From a virus (Duplodnaviria; Caudoviricetes): DNA of 55,467 nucleotides. The notes beneath the pieces were generated by a model that saw nothing but the letters and a program-made list of their open reading frames with translations, was not told where the DNA came from and made no database searches. The stretch is taken from positions 1 to 55,467 of the IMG/VR virus record IMGVR_UViG_3300033515_000006; one strand, 5' to 3'. A program made the position numbers and the translations under genes. Positions 20,607 to 30,900 of this stretch are shown piece by piece (within the stretch, counting starts at the first letter, position 1; each line of letters opens with the position of its first letter).

Positions 20607-23600
20607 TGAGTTGTATAGTATTAAATAATGGATTAGAATCATCGTTACATAAACAATTGATTGAAAAATATGGACAAGAACTTGCAGATAAAAAAATGCA
20701 AGGATTTATGTCTGATTCTTTTAAACAAAAGTTTGGTAATTATCAAGAATTAATTGATAATAAATCTGATTTTATTCCGCCAAATTTTAAAAATAGATTA
20801 AATGATAAATTTGAACCATTGTTGTTGGAAGATAACAATGGTTTTTATTATATAGATAAAAATTATCAAAATCAATATATTGACGTTGCTGATTCAGAAT
20901 TATTTAAATTATTTAAATCTGAACGAGCTATTAATTCATTAGTTGAAATTTTAGCAAAAGATCATTTAGATAATATTGGTGTAACAATGAATTTTGATAC
21001 ATTAGGTATTGAAGGTAAAGAATCTAAAATATTATTAAAAGATTCTATTTTAAATAAAATATCAAGTTTATCTGATGAAACAATGGATTCTGAAGATTTA
21101 AATATTTCAACTAATGGTTTAATATTAGATGATATTTTAAGTAACGATAAAGCATTAAAACAATTAGAATATAAAGTTAATGAGTTTTATAAAGCTAAAA
21201 AGTTTATTTATGCTGAAGAATTTCAAAATGAAGAATTAGACGATACTATACTAGGTCAACGAGATAGTATAACTATGAAATCATCGTTTGAAACAAATCC
21301 TAAAGCTAAAGTAGGAGCTATTGTAAAATTAAGATTGTCTTTAATTAAAGATCCTAAAAACATTGAATCTGATTTTGGACAAGCAATGTCTGTTGATTAC
21401 AATGTATTATATAACAAATTAACACATATTTTATCTGATAATTATATTACAATTGATAAAAATCAAGATAAACATGTAATTGAAGATGCTTTTACAAGTA
21501 TAATTAACTTATTAAAAGTACATGCCCCACATATTAGTGAAATTGCAAATCTTGTAGATTATTTATCTAAGTTAGATGTTGAAACTAATGATGTAGAAAG
21601 TGTTGAGGGTATTCAATTATATCAATTAAAAGCAGGTATTGTAAGGGCGTTTAATCTACAGAAAAACAATTTTGATACAAAAGTATTACATGAAACTAAA
21701 GTTGTTGTAGAGAAAGGAATAACTGAAGAATTTACAAGACATAATGGAACTATAGGTACACGTAATATTACAAATGATGTAATTGGTTCTGAATATAAAT
21801 ATGAATCTGATGATGCTAGTACATTAATTAATAATAAAAAATCATTTTTAGTTAATTGGGGATTATCATTTAAAGAATATTTTGGATTTCCTGAAAAAGT
21901 TACTGAAGTTTTTAATAAAGATAAAGTAGCAGAATTAAATAAAATAATTGAAGGAATTAAACAAGTTGAAAATAGTAAAACAACTTCTTTATTAAAAGCT
22001 GAAAGTATTTTAAGACTGTTATCAACTATTGGTATAGATATTTCAAATGAAGTATTTAATCGAGCAATGAATAATAATAAAGATAATGTTTTAACAGATG
22101 TTAAATTAAATGAACATTATGATAATTTTGTATTAAAAACAAAAGAATCTTTTATTAATTCAAGAGATAACTTTCAAAACAATAAAGAAATATTTAACAA
22201 TTATTGGTTTAATCAATTAGCAAAAGCAGAATTGTTTTATAGTTCACAAGGAGATGAATCATCTATTAATCAAGCAGGTAAAAATAAATATTTATTTTCA
22301 ACACCTTCAGGTATTAGACAAACTATTTACACTTGGAAGAAAAATCCACAATTATTTGAAGATTTTTATAATGATTTAGGTGTGTGGGAACAAAACTCTA
22401 AAATATTTAAACATTTATTAGCTTTAGATGTTCCTAAAAATGAAAGATTAACTAAAAGAATTGAAAGATTATCTAAGTTAGATGTTGATATTTTTAATAA
22501 TTTTACAAATAGTTCAACTAAAACAGTTGATGGTAAAGTTAAAACTGTTAGAGAATCAGCTAAAGATGTAAAAGAATTATCTAAAAATGAAGATATTAAA
22601 ATATTTGTAAATGATATTTTAAAAAGTCAATTAGGTAAAGATTCATTAACTAAAGGTAGAGGCACAACTGCACCAGGTAAATCAACACAAGTTGGTTTAA
22701 TACATGATTTCTTTTTAGGTAATAATGTGTCTTATAAAGCAAATGGTGAAATTAATATTGATAATGCTGTAGATGTAGTTTATGATTATTTTTTAGGAGA
22801 ACTTAATAGAATTAATGAAGCTCATAAATCTATCAATGATAAAAGTATTAAAGGACAATCTAAATTAAAAGCTTTTTATCATTTTAAAAATGGTGAAGAA
22901 ATATTTGACAATGAAGGTAATTTAATATTAGATAATTTAGGTAATACTTTTAAATCACAATTAATGCCTGATTTAAGTTATGATAAAATAGCCAAATCAA
23001 TGGATAATGTGATATATAAAAAATATCCTTTATATAACACCAATGGTGAAGTATTGTTTGAAAATTTAGAATATAATAAACCTGAAATTCACGAATTAAT
23101 TAAAAAAACTTTAATTGATAAACTAAATGAATTAAAGCAAGATTTATTAGAAGCTAATTTGTTTGAAAAAGTTGGTGAAAATTCTTATATAAATAAAGGT
23201 GTTGATACTAGGATTATTAAAAAATATTCTGATAATTATAAAATAACTAATGAAAGCTTAAATAAACTTTTAGGAGATGTTTTAATAAATGGATTAGTTA
23301 ATCAAATTGAATATTCTAAAATGTTTGCAGGAGATGTCGCTTATTACAAAAATCCTGTAGATTATATTAAACGTATTGGATCAACTATTTCTGATGGAAC
23401 TCGTGAATACATTACGAAACATAATGCTACATTTAATGTAGGTGTTATTGATTCTGTTGAATTTAGAGAACCATATTTAGAAGCATTTAAAAACCTTATA
23501 CAAGATGATCCTAATTTACTTAAACTTTGGGAAGAAGATGTAAACGCGGCAGATGCTCAAGCTTGGATTACACCTAAACGGTGGAAATCATTATTACTAG

Positions 23601-26600
23601 GTTGTAGTATGTTTACACCTGAACATCAAGTAGTTTATGAAAAACTAATTGGTAAAAATAAAGAACCTTTAACTAAAGATGAACTTAAAATAGTAGCACA
23701 ACCTCTAAAAGGTCATTATTTTATGCGTGAAGAAAAAGGTGAACCAGTATATTTAAAATACTCACAAGCTGTCTTAACCCCTTCATTAATTAAAAGCACA
23801 AAACTTCAAGATTTATATGATTTTATGAAATACCATAAAGTTGATGAATTAGTCACATTTGATGCGATTAAAGTAGGTTCACCAAAATCAACTAAATTAC
23901 ACGATGAATTAGGTGGATTGAATGTTAGAGATGAATCTGGTAAAATGAAGCCTTTAAACGTACTTAAATTAGATTCTAGAGGGTGGAAATTACAACAAGA
24001 TTTACCAACTAAAACATATAAAGAAACAGATACAGGTTCTCAATTATTAAATAACATGTTAGTATTGTTAGCACATATGATTAATAGTGATATTAAACAA
24101 TTTGAACATAACGGTCAACAATATTCTGCTTTAGAATATGCTAAATTAATAGATAATACTTTAGGTGATTTATTAGGAATAGGATTAAATGATTTTTTTA
24201 ATGAATTTAGTATTGATAAAAACAGTAAAGAAATTAAAGATTCAGGTAAACTTTATAATATATTGGCTGATGAATTAAATTCTAGGGAATATTCAGATGA
24301 AGTAATTAAGGCATTACGTGCTAAATTATCTATTGTGGCTTTACCAGGATTTGATACTAAATTACAAAGTATTTTTAGTTCGATTGTTAAAGATAGAACT
24401 GTTAAAATAAAAACTAATGGTGGGTCAATGATTCAAATGGCTAATTACGGTCTAACTAAAGAAGAAGCTGATGCAAAAGATAACAATATTAAATGGTCAC
24501 CACTTGTTAAATTAGGAGATACCGTACAACCTTATTCTTACGTTAAGAATGAAGATGGCACACCTAAAATAAATATATTTGGTAAAAAAATAATTATTCC
24601 AGAACAAGTATTATTATCTGGTAGTTTCATTGCTAAATATATTCCTGATTATGAAACTAAAAGTCCTGAAGAATTATTTGGAACTTTAAATCCTGAAACA
24701 GGTAAATTAGAAGGTGGTTTAATAGATAATAGAATTTTAGAAAATATAATAGGTTATAGAATACCTAATCAAGGACCTTCTTCTAATGGTGCAATGCAAA
24801 TTGTAGGTATATTACCATCAGGTAATGGTGATACAGTTGTAGCATTTGCAGGTATTACTAAGAAAACAGGGTCAGATTTTGACATTGATAAAATGTATAT
24901 AATGTTTCCTAACTACAAAGAAAATGAAGGAAAATTAGTTTATACTGAATCTAATTTAAATAGTAAGGAATCTTTACAAAATAAATTAATTGAATTATAT
25001 AAAGGTTTAATATTACAAGAAGATAATATTAAAATGGTTATGACACCATTAGATTTTCCACATTTAAAAGACGATGCTTTAAATATAGCACCAACTGCTA
25101 AAAAAGGTAATTTAGATGTATTTAGTGCAATACAGGATATTAAAACTAAATATTCATTTTTAGATGGTTTATTGGGTGTGGGTATGGAAGCTAATGCTGC
25201 AAATGATTATGCTAGAGGTACAATGGCTAATGTTTATTACGAAGATGTTAATTTAGGTACTAGAAGTAATCAAGGTGAATATTTTTCAGTTAAAAGAAAA
25301 GATAAATTTGAAGATGTTCAACATACACATTTTGATAGGATTAAATCTCAAAGTTTATCTAAACAAGAATTAAAACAATATCAAGAAAGTTATAATAATA
25401 GAGTTTTAAGTGAAAAAGATAAATTATCCGATACTATTTTAAAAACCTATGAAAACTTTAACATTTCAGATAATATTTCTGCATTAATGAATGCTTTTGT
25501 AGATATTGCTAAAGATCCATATATTACTAATGTAAATTGGAATGCGATGACTACAGGTGTTGGTAATATGTTATTAAGAGGTGGTGTTCATCCATTTGTA
25601 ACAATGTCATTTATTGCCCAACCTATTATTAAAGAATATATTGATTTTAATAAACAATATAATACTTTAGATAAAGCTGAACAAATAGCAAATACTAAAG
25701 ATGCTTTTAAAATATTTAAAGTTTCAGAATTATTAAAAAATGATACTTTTTTAATTAGAACATTGGAAGATGGTACTAATATTGAAATGAGTTATAAACA
25801 ATTATATAAACTTGTTGCTACTGGTAATAGTGCTTTAGAATTTTTATCAGATAAAGATTTTGCAACTAAAAAAATGATTGCTAAAATTGAAAATCAAACA
25901 GGTATTACTAAATTAACCAATGACGATATTAATATAATTTTAAATAATACTAAAGATATTATAGAAAATAATCGAATATTTTTTGATAAAAAATATGTAA
26001 ATATTTTAGATACAGAAATTGGTACATTACGAGAAAATATATTTAAAAATGATATTAAATTTCAAGCTAAAGTTTTAGATAATCTATATAAATTTATGGG
26101 TGATGCTAAAAAACTAAAAGCTAGTATGGAAGCGTCAGGGCATGATATTAATGGCTATGGTAAAAACACTACGTCATTGTTAATGGTGTTAAATAAAATT
26201 GAAAACGTTTCACAAAAAGGAGTTATTAATTATAATAGTAAAAATATACATGAAGATGACGGAACTACTAAATTATTAGGACACAGACAAAATAATTTAT
26301 ATGAAATTAAAAAAGTGGTTCAAAATAACCCTACTAGTTTTCCATCAGCAACACCTTATGTGTGGAATACATTTAATAAAATCTCTCAAGATATATATGG
26401 TACTAATTTAGAAAATGAAGAATTAGCTAATAGTTTAGATAAAATATTTAAAACATATTTAATGTCTTCATTTGAACCATTTAATAATACTTTAGAAGAA
26501 AACCAAGAAATTTTTGATAATTTTCCAAATACATTTTTAAAATTTAAAAATAATGAAGTTAATCGTGAAAGATATGCAATTATTAAAGAACTTAGAATTA

Positions 26601-27955
26601 TTGAAGATAAAGGTAAAAAGTTTATAGGTTTGGATAATAAACAAAATTCTAAAGAATATACTGATAAAATGATTAATTCTTGGAGAGAGTTAATGCAATA
26701 TCATCCAGATATAGCTGAAGATTTAATTAAATATTCATTTATTAGTTCAGGGTTTAATAATTCTCCAGTTAGTTTTCATCAATATATACCACCAAATTTC
26801 TTTTTTAAATATGATTTTAATCAACATGTGGATAGTTTTACTAAAAGATTTGACAATGATTCAATAGATGAAAATTTTATAAATCATTTTTATTTATCTA
26901 ATCTAGATAATGCAAGTGTTGTTAAAAATGTACAATCATTTATGGAATTAAAATCAACAGAACAAGAATTTCCACAAACTAAAGAAGTTACTGCTTTTGA
27001 TAAAAAAGTATTAGGTAGATTTATTAAAGTTAATTATAAACAAGAAAATGAAACTTATTCTATATTTCATAAAAGTTTAGGAGTAGATGAAAAAGGTAAA
27101 AATATTTATACTAAATTTATACCAGTAGAAGGTGGTTTTGCACGTATATCATCGATTGTAGGAGATAAACAAGTAGGTATTGTACAACATAATTATAATT
27201 CAGATTTTATTAGCTTAAAACCCGCAGAATTAAGTGAAACATCTTTAAATATTTTAAATACTAAATATATGGAAAATAATTTAGAACAAACACAATCTAT
27301 TGATGAAGAAGAAGATATTGTAAATAAAGAAGAATTAACACAATTTACTGAACCTGAAACTAAACAAGAAGTTAAATCTGAAGTTAGTAATAAAATTTAT
27401 AATGAATTAGGTAATAAAACTAAATCTAAAAGTGTAGTTATTAAATCTTGGAGTGAATTAAAAGATACAACTAAAGCAATAACACCTGAAGGTGTAGTTT
27501 CAACAAGAATTAAAAATACTAATGAACACTTCGGTAATCCTTTTAGTCATGATCCTGCAGGCAAAACTCAAGGATTAATTAAAACTGAAACTATACAAGA
27601 AGCTGTTGAAAAATTTACAGATTGGGTAATTAATTCTAAAGATGAAAGAGCTAATTGGATTAGAGAACAATTAAAATCTGGAGAATTGAAAGATAAACCA
27701 ATTTTATACTATAAAGAACTTGGAGAACCTTCTCATGCTACGGCTTTAGATTATTTAATTAATAAATATAATTGGAAAACTAATGAATTTATTTTAAATA
27801 AACCACAACAATTATCTTTATTTGATCAACTCGAACAAGATAAACAACGTTGGGAAGAAATTAAAAATAAATGGATTGAATCTGGTAGAACTGAAGCTGA
27901 TTTTAATTCTATGAATAATGAAGAAAGAGAACATATAATTAAAAATTGTTTATAA
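20606..27955 (+). CDS. Virion-packaged single-chain RNA polymerase (phi14:2 gp66-like)
   Basis: Catalytic GSDFDIDK (DFDIDK at 24875-24892) preceded by GYRIPNQG; also DAQAWIT; 2449 aa. Confidence 0.92.
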   Translation: MSCIVLNNGLESSLHKQLIEKYGQELADKKMQGFMSDSFKQKFGNYQELIDNKSDFIPPNFKNRLNDKFEPLLLEDNNGFYYIDKNYQNQYIDVADSELFKLFKSERAINSLVEILAKDHLDNIGVTMNFDTLGIEGKESKILLKDSILNKISSLSDETMDSEDLNISTNGLILDDILSNDKALKQLEYKVNEFYKAKKFIYAEEFQNEELDDTILGQRDSITMKSSFETNPKAKVGAIVKLRLSLIKDPKNIESDFGQAMSVDYNVLYNKLTHILSDNYITIDKNQDKHVIEDAFTSIINLLKVHAPHISEIANLVDYLSKLDVETNDVESVEGIQLYQLKAGIVRAFNLQKNNFDTKVLHETKVVVEKGITEEFTRHNGTIGTRNITNDVIGSEYKYESDDASTLINNKKSFLVNWGLSFKEYFGFPEKVTEVFNKDKVAELNKIIEGIKQVENSKTTSLLKAESILRLLSTIGIDISNEVFNRAMNNNKDNVLTDVKLNEHYDNFVLKTKESFINSRDNFQNNKEIFNNYWFNQLAKAELFYSSQGDESSINQAGKNKYLFSTPSGIRQTIYTWKKNPQLFEDFYNDLGVWEQNSKIFKHLLALDVPKNERLTKRIERLSKLDVDIFNNFTNSSTKTVDGKVKTVRESAKDVKELSKNEDIKIFVNDILKSQLGKDSLTKGRGTTAPGKSTQVGLIHDFFLGNNVSYKANGEINIDNAVDVVYDYFLGELNRINEAHKSINDKSIKGQSKLKAFYHFKNGEEIFDNEGNLILDNLGNTFKSQLMPDLSYDKIAKSMDNVIYKKYPLYNTNGEVLFENLEYNKPEIHELIKKTLIDKLNELKQDLLEANLFEKVGENSYINKGVDTRIIKKYSDNYKITNESLNKLLGDVLINGLVNQIEYSKMFAGDVAYYKNPVDYIKRIGSTISDGTREYITKHNATFNVGVIDSVEFREPYLEAFKNLIQDDPNLLKLWEEDVNAADAQAWITPKRWKSLLLGCSMFTPEHQVVYEKLIGKNKEPLTKDELKIVAQPLKGHYFMREEKGEPVYLKYSQAVLTPSLIKSTKLQDLYDFMKYHKVDELVTFDAIKVGSPKSTKLHDELGGLNVRDESGKMKPLNVLKLDSRGWKLQQDLPTKTYKETDTGSQLLNNMLVLLAHMINSDIKQFEHNGQQYSALEYAKLIDNTLGDLLGIGLNDFFNEFSIDKNSKEIKDSGKLYNILADELNSREYSDEVIKALRAKLSIVALPGFDTKLQSIFSSIVKDRTVKIKTNGGSMIQMANYGLTKEEADAKDNNIKWSPLVKLGDTVQPYSYVKNEDGTPKINIFGKKIIIPEQVLLSGSFIAKYIPDYETKSPEELFGTLNPETGKLEGGLIDNRILENIIGYRIPNQGPSSNGAMQIVGILPSGNGDTVVAFAGITKKTGSDFDIDKMYIMFPNYKENEGKLVYTESNLNSKESLQNKLIELYKGLILQEDNIKMVMTPLDFPHLKDDALNIAPTAKKGNLDVFSAIQDIKTKYSFLDGLLGVGMEANAANDYARGTMANVYYEDVNLGTRSNQGEYFSVKRKDKFEDVQHTHFDRIKSQSLSKQELKQYQESYNNRVLSEKDKLSDTILKTYENFNISDNISALMNAFVDIAKDPYITNVNWNAMTTGVGNMLLRGGVHPFVTMSFIAQPIIKEYIDFNKQYNTLDKAEQIANTKDAFKIFKVSELLKNDTFLIRTLEDGTNIEMSYKQLYKLVATGNSALEFLSDKDFATKKMIAKIENQTGITKLTNDDINIILNNTKDIIENNRIFFDKKYVNILDTEIGTLRENIFKNDIKFQAKVLDNLYKFMGDAKKLKASMEASGHDINGYGKNTTSLLMVLNKIENVSQKGVINYNSKNIHEDDGTTKLLGHRQNNLYEIKKVVQNNPTSFPSATPYVWNTFNKISQDIYGTNLENEELANSLDKIFKTYLMSSFEPFNNTLEENQEIFDNFPNTFLKFKNNEVNRERYAIIKELRIIEDKGKKFIGLDNKQNSKEYTDKMINSWRELMQYHPDIAEDLIKYSFISSGFNNSPVSFHQYIPPNFFFKYDFNQHVDSFTKRFDNDSIDENFINHFYLSNLDNASVVKNVQSFMELKSTEQEFPQTKEVTAFDKKVLGRFIKVNYKQENETYSIFHKSLGVDEKGKNIYTKFIPVEGGFARISSIVGDKQVGIVQHNYNSDFISLKPAELSETSLNILNTKYMENNLEQTQSIDEEEDIVNKEELTQFTEPETKQEVKSEVSNKIYNELGNKTKSKSVVIKSWSELKDTTKAITPEGVVSTRIKNTNEHFGNPFSHDPAGKTQGLIKTETIQEAVEKFTDWVINSKDERANWIREQLKSGELKDKPILYYKELGEPSHATALDYLINKYNWKTNEFILNKPQQLSLFDQLEQDKQRWEEIKNKWIESGRTEADFNSMNNEEREHIIKNCL

Positions 27956-30900
27956 ATGAAAAATTGCGTAAATTTTAATAGTCCAGATGTAGTAAAATTA
28001 GCAGGAGAACTAAATGTTTCTCCTGCTGTTGCTGCAGCAAAAATAGGACTATGGCAAAGTAAAAATAATATAGAAGATAGATTTCCTACTAAAGATGAAT
28101 TATTTCAATCTAATGAAGTTAATACAACTTTAAAAGCTGTAGATATATTACAATCTGATAAAGCTAAACAAGTATTTGAAAAAGGTAATAAAAATGGTTG
28201 GGATTTAAATAAAATCTTAACTGAACTTCAAATTCCTAAAGAACAAAAACAATTAATTTTAGATTTAGGTGTTACAGATAGAGAACAAATAGCTTTAGAA
28301 TTAGCTTCTAATTATAGTTATAGTGTTAAAATTGATATTACTAAAGAAAATATTAGAAGTGGAGTTAAAGAAATAGAAGAAGATAATTATGATACTTTAT
28401 ATTCTCCTTCTGAAAATAAATATTATTCTTACAGTGAAGAATTAGGTTGGATGCAAACTGATGAAAATAATAGAAATCAAGAATTTGATATTAATCCACC
28501 AGAAGATGCCAAGCCTTATCAAAAAAATACAAGATTTGAAGATAATTATGTTGAATTAAATAGTTCACATTACTCAAATCTTACAGTTCCAGGTGGTACT
28601 AATTACACAGAGAATGAAATATCTACTCCTTTAATTACACCTAGTATTAAAGGTCATGCTCAGTTTGCTACAGATAATGGTATAGGATGGTTTAGAAGTG
28701 ATGATGCTTTAGTTAATAATGGATTAACTCAACAAGAATTAGATAATATTCCGCAAGAATATTTAGAAGAATCTTTACATAATACTAAAACTCGTAGAAT
28801 ACTAGAAGTACAATCTGATTTATTTCAGAAAGGTAGAGATAAAGAATGGTTATCTAGAGAAATGGATAGTTTAACTCCTGAAGAAGTAGCTAATGAACCT
28901 GAATGGTTAAGACCTATCGGAACAATTGTTAAAAGTGATAGTAAAAAGAATGCATTTTTAAATTTATTAATAAAAGACAATAACTGGGTTACATTTTTTG
29001 TTAAATCTATAATTCAAGACTCTCAAAAGAAAGGTTATGAAAAAGTATTATTTCCTAGTGGAGATACAGCTAGTAAAGTTGAAGGTCATAGTACTTTAGA
29101 AGAGTTTAAGAAACAGAAAGAAGATAGGATTAAAGAACTTGAAAAGCGAAAAAAAGAAGGTACAGAAACAGTAGAAAGATATTTATTAGATGATAATAAT
29201 GAACCTTATTCAAGTGTTAATGTTAAAATAGATGAAGAAATAAATCAACTTAAACAGGAACTTGAAAGAGTAGAAACAGAAGGATTTGGCGCTTTAAAAC
29301 CTATTTATAATTTTTATGAGAATACTGTAACTAATATTCTTAATAAAACATATGGTAAAGATAATGTAAAAGTTATTACAGATGAATATGGTAATACTTG
29401 GAATGAAGTTACTTTAGATAATAAAAGAGATGAATCTACTATTTTTATGAAACAAGTAGATATGTCTAATATCATAGATGATTCTGTAGAAACAATATTT
29501 CCAGATACTAAATCTGAAACAATTGAACAATCTGATGATAATCAAAATCATAAATTATTGTTTGGTGATGAAAATATTAAAACATTATCTGCTACTGAAG
29601 TATTAAAAAATTTAATTTCAAGTGATACATTTAATAACTCTAAAGATGAAGGTTTCTTTTTAGAAAAAATGATGAATTTGTTAAATAAATCTGGAGCTAA
29701 ATTAAAATTAATTACAGATGTTAATGATATTAATTATCAAAAATTTGATAGTAAAACAGTAATGTTATATGATGCTATTACAAATACAATATATGTAAAT
29801 GATACATCTTTAAATAATTTTGATAAACAAACTTTAGCTAGTGCCTTTATACATGAAGTAGTGCATAGTACTACATTACGTGCTTATTTTGCACCAAGAA
29901 CATTTGAAGAAAGAGAATTTAGAGATTTTATAGACAAATCATTTTTTCAATATAAATATTTATCTGAAAAAAGAGATAGTGAAGGTAATTTAATGTATGG
30001 TTTTACAAATCAAGCTGAGTTTATCGCTGAAATCTATTCTAACCCTGCTTTTAGAGCTGAAATTGAATCTATTGATAAGAAATGGTTTGATAAATTTATT
30101 GATGCTGTAAGACGCTTGTATGAAATGATTAAAAATGGTTTTAATACTGATTTAATTAAATCTGCTGTTTTATTTAATATTGTTGATGAATTTGCAACTA
30201 AACAAAGTGTTAATTATAAAGGAACTTTAGTTAAAGATCCAAGATTTGAAAGATTTGGTAAAAGTGAATTTGCTAAAAAAGTTGAAGGTGATAAAATTAG
30301 AAATCTTGATGAAAGATTAGAAAATTTAATTAATATTCAAAAAGATAATATTTCACAAATTATTCGTAGAGCACAATCTAATAATAAAAAACATGGTGTA
30401 AAAAATAAAGAATTTATAAATGTTGTTAAAAAATTAGAAGAAGAATTACACACTGCTGCTCAAACAGATAAATTAAAAGCAATTAATACATATGTTGATT
30501 TTATGGTTTATCAAATCGATAAAATTAAAAATTTAATGGAAAAGTCTACAAATAAAACTGAAACATTAGATATTATTGAAAGATATAAAACATATTTAGG
30601 GGCTAGTGATTTATTAAAACCAGTTACAGATACGTTAGTTGATACCGATATTAAAGATTTATCAGAAGAACAACAACTTTATAATAAAGAAATACTTCGT
30701 AAAATAGGTGAAGTTGGTGGATATTATAATATATTACAAGCTGAATTTACAGCACATATTAATAAAGAATTAATTAATGAATTAAATGATCCTTATTATT
30801 CTGAAATTGTAATTCAAGAATTTAGAAATACAATAGGTAAAGATTATCCAAAAGATAGTGAATTATCTAAAAACGAATGGATTAATCAAGAAGTTGTAAA

